Assembly (NCBI GenBank): GCA_963677435.1
Contig: OY781945.1
Span: 416,001 to 480,000 of the forward strand
Origin: an uncultured Aliarcobacter sp.
Lineage (GTDB): Bacteria; Campylobacterota; Campylobacteria; Campylobacterales; Arcobacteraceae
Direction of reading: 5' to 3'
DNA: 64,000 nt
Every line of letters starts with the position of its first letter. Position 1 is the first letter of the stretch. A program made the translations under genes and the position numbers. Under the pieces are notes generated by a model that ran no database searches, had not been told where the DNA came from, and saw nothing but the letters and a program-made list of their open reading frames with translations. Positions 1-9,356 of this stretch are shown here, piece after piece.

Positions 1-53
1 AATTTGAATTATTGTATTTTATAAATATAAGTAGTTTTTTAGCAATGCAAGAA

Positions 54-79
54 ACAAAACCCTATAAATAGAGTTTTGC
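54..79 (-). terminator. Intrinsic terminator of rpsU
   Basis: Minus strand GCAAAACTCTAT-TT-ATAGGGTTTTGT hairpin (with G-U pairs) followed by TTCTT, 18 nt after the rpsU stop. Confidence 0.75.
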
Positions 80-97
80 TTTTACAAATCAAAGATC

Positions 98-310
98 TTA
101 TAATCTTGATTCGTATCTTCTTAACATATATAATCTTTTTAACATTTTCTTTCTAGCAGAAATTTTTTGTTTTTTTCTGATCTCTGTCATCGGCTCGAAA
201 TATCTTCTTGCTCTTGTTTCAGTTACGATAAGATTTCTATCACATTGTTTCTTAAATCTTCTATAAGCTTCGTCAAAAGATTCGCTATCTTTAACTTTAA
301 TGCCTGGCAC
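98..310 (-). CDS. rpsU: 30S ribosomal protein S21
   Basis: [22 protein letters not shown]...RRYFEP S21 signature; GTG at 310 with GGTG SD is preferred over the track start at 319. Confidence 0.97.
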   Translation of the reverse strand: MPGIKVKDSESFDEAYRRFKKQCDRNLIVTETRARRYFEPMTEIRKKQKISARKKMLKRLYMLRRYESRL

Positions 311-430
311 TAAAATCACCCACTTTCTTTTTAAAATTTTTAGGAGCTGATTATATTTAAAGTTTACTTAATCCTTATTTAACTTTAACAAATATTAGAA
401 TATAATTGATTTTTAATACAAAGGAATATT

Positions 431-919
431 TTGAATTTAACGCACTTAGATGATAATAATAGACCTAAAATGGTTGATGTTTCTGATAAATATGAAACAA
501 GAAGAGTTGCAATTGCCTCTGGTGAAATTACTATGAGTGATGAAGCATTTGAAGCAATTATTTCAAATAATACAAAAAAAGGCCCAGTTTTACAAACAGC
601 TGTAATTGCAGCAATCATGGGCGTGAAAAAAACAAGTGATTTAATTCCTATGTGTCATCCTTTATTGTTAAGTGGAATAAATTGTGATGTGGAAGAAAAA
701 CCTGAGTTACCTGGATTTAAACTAATTGTAACAGCTAAACTAAATGGACAAACTGGTGTTGAAATGGAAGCCTTAACCGGTGTATCTGTTGGATTACTAA
801 CTATTTATGATATGGTAAAAGCAATAGATAAATCTATGATTATTTCTAATATTCAATTAGAAAAAAAATCAGGTGGGAAAAGTGGTGATTTTATAAGAGA
901 GGATTTAAATAATGATTGA
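431..919 (+). CDS. moaC: Cyclic pyranopterin monophosphate synthase MoaC
   Basis: [42 protein letters not shown] motifs; TTG start with AAGGA SD. Confidence 0.97.
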   Translation: MNLTHLDDNNRPKMVDVSDKYETRRVAIASGEITMSDEAFEAIISNNTKKGPVLQTAVIAAIMGVKKTSDLIPMCHPLLLSGINCDVEEKPELPGFKLIVTAKLNGQTGVEMEALTGVSVGLLTIYDMVKAIDKSMIISNIQLEKKSGGKSGDFIREDLNND

Positions 920-1175
920 TTTAAGTAAAGAAAAATTAGTTTTAAATTACCCATGTTCTTGGGAATATAAATTAGTTGTATTAGAACATATTGATGTACA
1001 TGGAACTGTAAAAGAAGTTGTTTCAAATAGAGAACATAAAGTAAAAGAGTCAAAAGTTAGTAGTAAAGGTAAATATAAAAGTTATACTCTTGAACTTTTG
1101 GTGCATAATGACGATGATAGAACAGAGATTTATAAAATGTTAGGTGACCATTCTAATATTAAAATGGTTTTATAA
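912..1175 (+). CDS. DUF493/YbeD-like (HP0495 family) small protein
   Basis: [10 protein letters not shown]...[11 protein letters not shown] pattern; overlaps the moaC end. Confidence 0.85.
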   Translation: MIDLSKEKLVLNYPCSWEYKLVVLEHIDVHGTVKEVVSNREHKVKESKVSSKGKYKSYTLELLVHNDDDRTEIYKMLGDHSNIKMVL

Positions 1176-1187
1176 TTAATTAGTATC

Positions 1188-1451
1188 TTATTCGTAAGAT
1201 ACTAATTCTTGTTTAAACTTTTCTTGGTTTAATTTTTTACAAGCAACTTTATAGTGTTTTTCAATTGTTTCTTCATCATCTTTTACAAGAGTTTTAATCT
1301 CTTCAATAGATTTTCCTTCTTCAAAAGCTACAAAGATTTTATACTCTTTTTTTGTAAATTTTCTTTTTAAGATTTCTTGTAATTGTTCATCTGATCTTAA
1401 TGTACCAACTAATTTGTCGATATGTTTTAATAGTGATTGTGTAAAGTTCAT
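1188..1451 (-). CDS. Hypothetical protein with sigma70-region-4/LuxR-like HTH
   Basis: AAGGA SD; FTKKEYKIF..EEGKSIEEIK...ETIEKHYKVACKKL pattern. Confidence 0.7.
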   Translation of the reverse strand: MNFTQSLLKHIDKLVGTLRSDEQLQEILKRKFTKKEYKIFVAFEEGKSIEEIKTLVKDDEETIEKHYKVACKKLNQEKFKQELVSYE

Positions 1452-1461
1452 CTGTTTCCTT

Positions 1462-2250
1462 TTATTTTATTAACCAGTTTTCAACTGATTCTATATCATT
1501 GTAAGAAGTCATATCAAGCATAATTGGTGTAATCGATACATAATTAGCTTTTATTGCTTCAAAGTCGCAATTTTTATTTTCTGATGGTTTCCAAAGTAAT
1601 GGATGTAAACCAATCCAATAATACTCTTCACCTCTTGGATTTAGATGTCTATGAGTATCATTTCCATACTCTCTGAATCCTGCTTTTGTAACTTTTATAC
1701 CATTACATTCCTCAACTTTTATTGGTGGAATATTAACATTTAAAAACTTTCTTTCATCTAATGGAAAATTATTACTTAATATTTTAGAAGCTAATTGAGC
1801 AATTATCTCTTTTGCAAGGGCAAAATCCCAATTATTTTGTATATCTTGACATCTATCCCTACATACTTGTGATATTGCAATTGCAGGAATTCCATGAATT
1901 ACAGCTTCCATTGCAGCTGAAGCTGTTCCACTATATGTAATATCTTCTCCCATATTTGCACCTATATTTATTCCACTAATTACTAAATCAGGTGCATTTC
2001 CTTCTTTGAATAAATCACTTAATGAAATAAATATACAATCCGTTGGACTTCCATCATCAACTTTGTAAAAGTCATCTTCAACACAAACCATTCTTAGAGG
2101 TCTATCAAGTGTAAGAGAGTGACCACAAGCTGATTTATTTTTTGCTGGTGCAACTACAGTTATTTTAGCAACAGGTTTTAAAGCTTCAATTAATGCTTTT
2201 AACCCAACTGCGTCAAAACCATCATCATTTGTTAGTAGGATATGTTTCAT
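1462..2250 (-). CDS. surE: 5'/3'-nucleotidase SurE
   Basis: ILLTNDDG, SACGHSLT, GSPTDC, SGINIGANMG, YSGT motifs. Confidence 0.97.
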   Translation of the reverse strand: MKHILLTNDDGFDAVGLKALIEALKPVAKITVVAPAKNKSACGHSLTLDRPLRMVCVEDDFYKVDDGSPTDCIFISLSDLFKEGNAPDLVISGINIGANMGEDITYSGTASAAMEAVIHGIPAIAISQVCRDRCQDIQNNWDFALAKEIIAQLASKILSNNFPLDERKFLNVNIPPIKVEECNGIKVTKAGFREYGNDTHRHLNPRGEEYYWIGLHPLLWKPSENKNCDFEAIKANYVSITPIMLDMTSYNDIESVENWLIK

Positions 2251-5200
2251 GCTACTATATAAACTCCTTCTATTTGGTGTATTAAGTTTTCTACTTGAGA
2301 AGTTACTTTAAAACCTGTTTCTAGTTCTAAATCTGCAAGTTTAGATTTGATTAAAAGTTTTAGTTCTCTTTTTCCTTGATTATTTGCCACTATATCAAAT
2401 AGTTTGTACATTAAATTTTCATCGTTTGAAAATGGAATAGCAATTGTTAAAGGTGGTTCTTGAATCTCTTTTGGTTTAGTTTTTAATTTCTCATTTTTTG
2501 CATCTTTTATGCTTTCGATTTTCAAAATATTCATTCTAGTAAAGTTATCATCTTTTGAGATTTTTACTTTAAATGCAATTGGTTCATTTAGATTATAATC
2601 TTCTTTTAACTCTTTTAATCTATCTTCAAAAAGCATAAGTTCGATATTTCCATGGAAATCCATGATTGTAGCAATTCCAAATTTATTACCTTTTTTTGAT
2701 ATTCTTTCAGTAATATTTTCTATTTTTCCAACAAATAAAGCTTGACTTCCATCTTCAAGTTCATCAATTTGAGAAGAGAGTGTATAGTTGATTTTATCAA
2801 TTTGTTCTCTATATTCATCAAGTGGATGTCCAGAAACATAAAAACCTAAAGATGCTTTTTCAAGTTCAAGAATCTCTTTTGCTTCAAATTCTGGAAGATG
2901 TTCAAGTTCAATATCAATTTTTGTAAGCTCATCACTATCACCAAATAAAGAACCAGTTGCCATTTTTTTTGCAAGTGCTGCTTTTCCAACAGTTTCAACA
3001 ATTTTTTCTATTTGATTAAGTAAGGCTTGTCTTGAATATCCAAAACCATCAAATGCTCCTGCTTTTGTAAGGGATTCAATTACTCTTTTATTTACTTTAC
3101 TTCCATCAATTCTTGAAATAAAATCACCTAAATCTGTAAATAATCCACCTTCATTTCGAGCTTTTAAAATAGAATTAATTGCAACATCACCAGCACCTTT
3201 TATGGCACCCATTCCAAACATTACAACTTCTTCACCTTCAATTTTTTTAGCAGAAAACACTAAATCAGATTTATTAATATCAGGTGGGAATAAATCAAGT
3301 CCTAATCTTTTAACTTCATCCACATATTTAACAACTTTATCAGTGTTATCTTTTTCTAGGGTTAAAAGTGCTGCCATAAATTCTGAGGCATAATATTTTT
3401 TTAAATAAGATGTATAAAAGGTTACAAGAGCATAAGCTGCTGAGTGAGATTTATTAAATCCATATCCAGCAAATTTTACAATCAGGTCGAATAGTTCTTC
3501 ACAATGTTCTTTTACAAAGCCTTTTTTAACTCCACCAATTGCAAATTCACCTTTTAGTCTATCCATCTCTTCTTTAATTTTTTTACCCATTGCCCGTCTA
3601 ACTAAATCGGCACCACCAAGGCTGAATCCACCAATAGATTGTACGATTTGCATAACTTGCTCTTGATAAACAATTACTCCATAGGTAGTTTCAAGAATTG
3701 GTCGAAGAGGTGCATCAAATTCATCATAGAAGTAGTTGATTTGTGCTCGACCATGTTTTCTATCAATAAAGTCATCAAGCATTCCTGATTCCATTGGACC
3801 TGGTCTATAAAGGGCAAGAACGGCGATAATATCCTCAAAATTTGATGGTTTTAATCTTTTACATAAATCTTGCATACCATCAGACTCAATTTGAAATAAT
3901 CCGATTGTATTTCCAGTTTGAATTAAATCATAAACACCTTTGTCATTTACATCAACGGTTAGAAAATCTACTCTTTTTCCATGTCTTTGCTCAATTAGTT
4001 TATTTGCTTCTTCAATAACAGTTAGTGTTTTTAAACCTAAGAAGTCGAATTTGATTAAATCCACATCTTCTACATATTTTCCATTATATTGGGTTGCCAG
4101 TGTATCAAGTCCGGATGGTTTAAAAAGTGGTGTTTTTTTCCATAAAGGCTCATTTGAAATAACAACTCCAGCTGCATGAGTTCCTGCATTTCTATTTAAT
4201 CCCTCTAACGCTAGGGCATATTCCCAAACCCTTGCTGCTTGTGGATCTGCATCACACAGTTCTTTGATTTTTGGTTCTTTCTCATATGAACTTGTAAGAT
4301 TTATTCCCAATTCATCGGGAATTAGTTTTGCCATCGCATCAGCTCTTGCATATGGCATATCAAGAACTCTCGCAACATCTCTAATTACTCCTTTAGCAAG
4401 AAGTTTACCAAAGGTAATAATTTGCGCAACATTGGCACGACCATATTGTTGAACAACATAATCAATAATTTCACCCCGTCTTGCTTGACAAAAGTCCATA
4501 TCAATATCGGGCATTGAAATTCTCTCTGGATTTAGAAATCTTTCAAAAAGTAAACCATAAGGAATAGGGTCAATATCTGTAATTTTTAGTGAAAATGCAA
4601 CTAAACTTCCAGCGGCTGATCCCCGTCCAGGACCAACTGGAATCCCCATTCTTTTTGCGACAATTACGAAATCCCAAACGATAAGCATATATCCTGGAAA
4701 TTTCATATTATTTATAATTTCAATTTCAACTTCAAGTCTATCTCTATACTCTTGATGTCTCTCAGGTGGAACTATTACTAATCTATCTTCAAGACCTTTT
4801 CTACACTCATGTATAAATAAAACTTTATCATTTTCAAGTGAATATTCAAGTTCTGGTTCAGGTAAAATTAAAGTAGCTTCTTCAGATTTTTGTCTTGTAA
4901 ATTTAAAATTTGGAGGAGTAGGGTTCCCAAGTTTTATCTCTAAATTACATTTATCTGCAATCTCCTGAGTAGCTTCTATGGCTTCTGGAATATCAGCATA
5001 AAGTTTTGCTATTTGTTCTGGAGATTTTAAATAAAATTCATGAACGCTATGTCTTAATCTTTTTGGGTCATCATAAAGTTTATTCATAGCAATACACATA
5101 AAAGCTTCGTGAGCATCGGCATCTTTTTGCTCTAAATAGTGAGTGTCATTTGTCGCAACTACTTTTATTCCTGTCTCTTTTGAAATTCTTAAAATCTGGT

Positions 5201-5792
5201 CATCAACAAAATGTTGGTCACCAATTCCGTGTCTCATAATCTCTAAATAAAAATCATCACCAAAAATCTCTTTGTATTCTAAAGCAACTCTTTTTGCCTC
5301 TTCATAACCTTTTGCACCATTTTTTACATTTCTTTCACTTTGAGTATTTAAATGCCAGTTAACTTCACCTTGTAAACAAGCTGCACTACAAACTAAACCT
5401 TCAGCATTATCTCTTAGAAGCTGTTTATTAATTCTTGGATAATAATAAAAACCGAACATATACGCTTGTGAACTTAAGAACATTAGATTTTTATAACCAA
5501 CATCATTTTTTGCATATAAACAAAGGTGAAATCTTTGTCTATTTGTTTTGTCACCTATATCTTCACTATTGTGAATATAAGCTTCCATTCCAATGATTGG
5601 TTTAATTCCTTCTGCTCTCATGGCATTATAAAAATCAATTGCACCAAACATATTTCCATGGTCAGTCATTGCAACGCTTGTCATTCCAAGCTTTTTTATT
5701 TTTTTTGCTAGGGGTTTTATTTTATTTGCACCATCAAGTAATGAATATTCAGTATGTAAATGTAAATGGGTAAATTTTGGGGTATCAGACAT
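2247..5792 (-). CDS. dnaE: DNA polymerase III alpha subunit
   Basis: HLHLHTEYSLLDG PHP domain, GPGRGSAAGS, PDIDMDF, KFDFLGL, GFNKSHSAAY; no intein-sized insertion. Confidence 0.98.
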   Translation of the reverse strand: MSDTPKFTHLHLHTEYSLLDGANKIKPLAKKIKKLGMTSVAMTDHGNMFGAIDFYNAMRAEGIKPIIGMEAYIHNSEDIGDKTNRQRFHLCLYAKNDVGYKNLMFLSSQAYMFGFYYYPRINKQLLRDNAEGLVCSAACLQGEVNWHLNTQSERNVKNGAKGYEEAKRVALEYKEIFGDDFYLEIMRHGIGDQHFVDDQILRISKETGIKVVATNDTHYLEQKDADAHEAFMCIAMNKLYDDPKRLRHSVHEFYLKSPEQIAKLYADIPEAIEATQEIADKCNLEIKLGNPTPPNFKFTRQKSEEATLILPEPELEYSLENDKVLFIHECRKGLEDRLVIVPPERHQEYRDRLEVEIEIINNMKFPGYMLIVWDFVIVAKRMGIPVGPGRGSAAGSLVAFSLKITDIDPIPYGLLFERFLNPERISMPDIDMDFCQARRGEIIDYVVQQYGRANVAQIITFGKLLAKGVIRDVARVLDMPYARADAMAKLIPDELGINLTSSYEKEPKIKELCDADPQAARVWEYALALEGLNRNAGTHAAGVVISNEPLWKKTPLFKPSGLDTLATQYNGKYVEDVDLIKFDFLGLKTLTVIEEANKLIEQRHGKRVDFLTVDVNDKGVYDLIQTGNTIGLFQIESDGMQDLCKRLKPSNFEDIIAVLALYRPGPMESGMLDDFIDRKHGRAQINYFYDEFDAPLRPILETTYGVIVYQEQVMQIVQSIGGFSLGGADLVRRAMGKKIKEEMDRLKGEFAIGGVKKGFVKEHCEELFDLIVKFAGYGFNKSHSAAYALVTFYTSYLKKYYASEFMAALLTLEKDNTDKVVKYVDEVKRLGLDLFPPDINKSDLVFSAKKIEGEEVVMFGMGAIKGAGDVAINSILKARNEGGLFTDLGDFISRIDGSKVNKRVIESLTKAGAFDGFGYSRQALLNQIEKIVETVGKAALAKKMATGSLFGDSDELTKIDIELEHLPEFEAKEILELEKASLGFYVSGHPLDEYREQIDKINYTLSSQIDELEDGSQALFVGKIENITERISKKGNKFGIATIMDFHGNIELMLFEDRLKELKEDYNLNEPIAFKVKISKDDNFTRMNILKIESIKDAKNEKLKTKPKEIQEPPLTIAIPFSNDENLMYKLFDIVANNQGKRELKLLIKSKLADLELETGFKVTSQVENLIHQIEGVYIVA

Positions 5793-5817
5793 AATATAAA
5801 TCTTTTTAGTTTTTTAT

Positions 5818-6585
5818 TTATAGTATATCTAAAAAATGATTTTGAGCCTCTTTAATACCTAATTTAAAACACTCATCCATTTGAGAAAATGTAAATAAAG
5901 AAAAATTTCTTATATGTGGACTTCCTAAATAGTAGCTTGTATTTTCTGTAGAATATTTGTGATTAGAATGAAGTTGTTTAAAAAGTGATTTTTTTATGTT
6001 TTTTAATGGATTATATTTTTTATTAGGTAGTGCACTATTTTTTGCAAATAAATCAATAGAATATATATCATAACCTTTATTCTGTAAAGGTTTGATTGGA
6101 ATATTATCAAATAAACCACCATCAATTAAATACATTCCCTCATAAGAAATTGGCTTAAATATTGGAACTAAGGCACTTGATGCCATACATAAAGTTACAG
6201 TATCCCCACTATTAAAACTGTGAAGTTCTTTTTTCTTTAAATCAAAAGCATTTACCCAAACAGGTTTTGGAATGTTTTCTAATCTTTCAATTGGAAGAAG
6301 CTCTTTTATAATTTTATTGGATTGATCAATTTTTAATAAACCATTTCTAAAATAGTTGAATTTTAAAGTTTGTCTAACATCTTTTGAAGAGAATATTTTT
6401 AGTTGTTCTTTTGCGCTTATTCCACTAGCATGGGAAGCACTAATTATGGCTCCAATAGATGAACCACTATAAGCTTGAATTTCGATTTTATGTTCTTCAC
6501 AAAAGTCTAGCACTCCTAAGTGAAAAGCTCCACGTGCAGCTCCACCACCTAGGCAAAGAGCAAGATTATTTGTCTGTATTTTCAT
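5818..6585 (-). CDS. Patatin-like phospholipase
   Basis: GGGAARG oxyanion motif, GSSIG nucleophile, DGG acid motif. Confidence 0.92.
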   Translation of the reverse strand: MKIQTNNLALCLGGGAARGAFHLGVLDFCEEHKIEIQAYSGSSIGAIISASHASGISAKEQLKIFSSKDVRQTLKFNYFRNGLLKIDQSNKIIKELLPIERLENIPKPVWVNAFDLKKKELHSFNSGDTVTLCMASSALVPIFKPISYEGMYLIDGGLFDNIPIKPLQNKGYDIYSIDLFAKNSALPNKKYNPLKNIKKSLFKQLHSNHKYSTENTSYYLGSPHIRNFSLFTFSQMDECFKLGIKEAQNHFLDIL

Positions 6586-7330
6586 GTAATATATCTTTTT
6601 CTAACCAATTAATAATCATAAATTCTCCCTCAAATGTTTCTACAATTGCAGTACAAGATTCTACCCAATCTCCACAGTTTAGATATTCAATTTTTTCAAT
6701 ATCTCTTATTTCAGCTTTATGAATATGTCCACAAATGATGCCATCATAGCCTTTATTTTTTGCATGATTTGATAAAACAGTTTCAAAGTCATTGATAAAA
6801 GATACGGAAGATTTTACACTATCTTTTATATATTTTGATAGTGACCAATATTTTTTTATACCCATATGTTTTCGGATAAAATTTAATAAAGCATTTAGAT
6901 GTAAAAGTAAATCATAACCATAATCACCTAAAACTGCTAACCATTTTTTTGTCATAGTAATAGAATCGAAAAAATCTCCATGGGTTATATAATATTTTTT
7001 CCCATTAATTCCTGTGTACTCTAAATCATTTGCAATATTTAATGAATTTCCTAATAGTAAAGGAACAAAAGGTCTTAAAAATTCATCATGGTTACCAGTA
7101 ATAAAAGTTACTTGAGTACCTTTTCTAGCTTTTTTTAGAATCCTTTGAATAACATCTGAGTGGGATTGTGGCCAGACTAATTTTCTTTTTATAGCCCAAC
7201 CATCAATAATATCTCCCACTAAAAATAGTTGTTCACAGTTATTATGTTTCAAAAAATTAAGAAGAACTTTTGCTTTTGAGAAGCGTGTACCTAAATGTAC
7301 ATCTGATATAAAAATGCTTTTGTATTTCAT
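6566..7330 (-). CDS. Metallophosphoesterase, PlcP/LpxH2-like phospholipase C
   Basis: SDVHLG, GDIIDGW, GNHDE, HGD, CGHIH, NCGDWVESCTA plus WLA.LGD..Y and YWSLS segments typical of the PlcP subfamily. Confidence 0.82.
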   Translation of the reverse strand: MKYKSIFISDVHLGTRFSKAKVLLNFLKHNNCEQLFLVGDIIDGWAIKRKLVWPQSHSDVIQRILKKARKGTQVTFITGNHDEFLRPFVPLLLGNSLNIANDLEYTGINGKKYYITHGDFFDSITMTKKWLAVLGDYGYDLLLHLNALLNFIRKHMGIKKYWSLSKYIKDSVKSSVSFINDFETVLSNHAKNKGYDGIICGHIHKAEIRDIEKIEYLNCGDWVESCTAIVETFEGEFMIINWLEKDILHENTDK

Positions 7331-7336
7331 CCAAGC

Positions 7337-7370
7337 ATTCTAAATCTTTTTGATTACAATTGAATGACAA
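7337..7370 (-). promoter_or_regulatory. Pho-box-like direct repeat plus -10 element of the plcP-like gene
   Basis: Minus strand TTGTCAT-TCAA-TTGTAAT (7370-7353), 10 nt, TAGAAT (7342-7337), 6 nt, ATG. Confidence 0.6.
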
Positions 7371-7374
7371 TTTC

Positions 7375-7926
7375 TTAATAATCGCTTGCTAATAAACCTT
7401 TTTTTACACTGTTATAAACTTCTTCATCACAAAGTATATTTACAATTTCAAGAGCGAAAACCATCGCAGTTGCTGGACCTCTTGAGGTAATCACATCATT
7501 GTCTATTACAACTGCATCATTTTCATGGTAACCTGATACTCTTATTTTTTCTTCAAAAGAAGGATAACAAGTAAAATTTTCATTTAATACATCTGCTTTG
7601 TGCAAAGCATAAGGTGCAGCACAAATAGCTCCAATTTTTTTCTTTTTTTCTTTAAACTCTTTTAATAAAGATTGAACTTTTTCATTATTGGCAAGTGTGA
7701 AAGCATTAGGAAGACCACCTGGCAAAACTATCATGTCAAAATCATCACTATTGATGTTTTCTATTTTTTCATCTGAAATTATTTTTATTCCATGAGCACC
7801 TATTGTTTCTATATTTTCAACACCTGCAATTGTAACTTTTATATCTGCACGTCTGCATATATCAATAATAGTTATTGCTTCAATTTCTTCAAATCCATTT
7901 GATATTGGTATTATAATATTTGACAT
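7375..7926 (-). CDS. DJ-1/PfpI family (YajL/ThiJ-like) glyoxalase/deglycase
   Basis: GFEEIEA, VLPGG, AICAAP, ITSRGPATA. Confidence 0.93.
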   Translation of the reverse strand: MSNIIIPISNGFEEIEAITIIDICRRADIKVTIAGVENIETIGAHGIKIISDEKIENINSDDFDMIVLPGGLPNAFTLANNEKVQSLLKEFKEKKKKIGAICAAPYALHKADVLNENFTCYPSFEEKIRVSGYHENDAVVIDNDVITSRGPATAMVFALEIVNILCDEEVYNSVKKGLLASDY

Positions 7927-8088
7927 AAATTTTCCTTATTCTTTTTAATTGATTATATATTCTGGTAATTTAAAACAAAAAGCCTTTTATTATAGGGTAT
8001 AATATAACTTTTAAAGTAGTAAATCATCATTCAAGAATATCTAAGCTAACTTTAAATAAAATTTAAGCAATTATGAAAAGGGGTTTTA

Positions 8089-8733
8089 ATGTTTAAAAAT
8101 ATTCTTAAGTCGAGTTTATTAGTAGGTACAATTCTAGTTTTTGTAACAGGTTGTACAGTTACTAGAAGTGATCCTATTACAAAAGAATATAATAAAGTAC
8201 AAGATAACAAACAACAACTTGCTGTTGCTGCTGATATGCAAAAAAATGTAACAACTCAAAATACATTAGAATCAACTATAGCATCTTTAGCAACTCAAAT
8301 GTTATTAAATAAAAAGATGGATACGAATAAACCTGTATTAATCACATCGTTTGTTAGACTTGATGAGTTTAAAAAAACTACTGAATTTGGAAGAATAGTA
8401 AGTGAAAGTTTAATAAATGAACTTTCAAATAGAGGTTTTGACATTACTGAGTTTAGAGGTCAAATGGCTATTTCAATAAATGATGAAGGTGAATATTTTA
8501 TTTCAAGAAAACCCCATGAACTAAAAAGTAGAATACCAAATACTTATGTTGTAGTTGGAACTTATTCAAGATTACTAGGTAAAATAATGTTAAATGCAAG
8601 AGTTATAGACAATATTACTGGTAAAATTATTACTAGTGCAAGAGCTACTTATGAGCATGGTATTGCAAATGATTGTATAATTTTTAAAGATTGTGCTCCT
8701 GCTAGAACTATTAATATTATAAAAGAACGATAA
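8089..8733 (+). CDS. FlgO-family lipoprotein
   Basis: Lipobox VTGC; SFVRLD..TTEFGR, GEYFISR, VVVGTYS, NARVID. Confidence 0.75.
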   Translation: MFKNILKSSLLVGTILVFVTGCTVTRSDPITKEYNKVQDNKQQLAVAADMQKNVTTQNTLESTIASLATQMLLNKKMDTNKPVLITSFVRLDEFKKTTEFGRIVSESLINELSNRGFDITEFRGQMAISINDEGEYFISRKPHELKSRIPNTYVVVGTYSRLLGKIMLNARVIDNITGKIITSARATYEHGIANDCIIFKDCAPARTINIIKER

Positions 8734-8738
8734 GTAAA

Positions 8739-9356
8739 ATGGTATTTAATTATTTAGGAAAATTGAAATATATTTTTATTCCAATTTTCTTAGTATTTTT
8801 TCTTAGTTCTTGTGCGTATAAAAACCCAATTAATGGGACAAATAATTTTCACTCTTTAGTATCAAAACTTGTATCTGAATCAGCAAGTAAAATCAAAAAA
8901 AATCTAGCTCCCACAGATGTTGTTTTAGTATCTGATTTTGTTAATCTTGATAAGTTAAGAAATAAATCACAATTAGGATTTTTACTTTCTAGTATGCTAA
9001 AAGATAGTTTAGTATCTCAAAATATAATTGTAAGAGAGATTGAATTAGGCAAAGAGTTTGAATTTGGAAAGAGTGGATTTAATCTATTAACTAGAAACAA
9101 AGATAAAATAGCTTCTGATAAGGTTATAAAAGAGAGATATGCAGTTGTTGGAACATACTCAATCACAAGTAGAAGTTTAAATGTATTTATAAAATTAATT
9201 GATATTAGAAATGGAAATATTTTGTCTTCTTCTTATGAAAGAACAGATATAGATACGGAAATCTTAGAATTAGAGGGTATTCAACAAAAAACACAGGAAG
9301 AACAAATGAAAGAGGCTAAAGAGCCTGTTTATTATCGTCCTCGTATGGTTTTATAA
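8739..9356 (+). CDS. FlgO-family lipoprotein (paralog)
   Basis: Lipobox LSSC; DFVNLD..SQLG, GFNLLTR, AVVGTYS, IKLID. Confidence 0.72.
   Translation: MVFNYLGKLKYIFIPIFLVFFLSSCAYKNPINGTNNFHSLVSKLVSESASKIKKNLAPTDVVLVSDFVNLDKLRNKSQLGFLLSSMLKDSLVSQNIIVREIELGKEFEFGKSGFNLLTRNKDKIASDKVIKERYAVVGTYSITSRSLNVFIKLIDIRNGNILSSSYERTDIDTEILELEGIQQKTQEEQMKEAKEPVYYRPRMVL

Noticed and set aside
2247..5792. Possible intein in dnaE
   Set aside because: Normal length, contiguous motifs, no splice-junction or LAGLIDADG signature seen
6566..7330. Calling this gene lpxH because lpxA/lpxB are in the window
   Set aside because: Subfamily segments match PlcP/LpxH2-type proteins, and it is about 19 kb from the lpx genes
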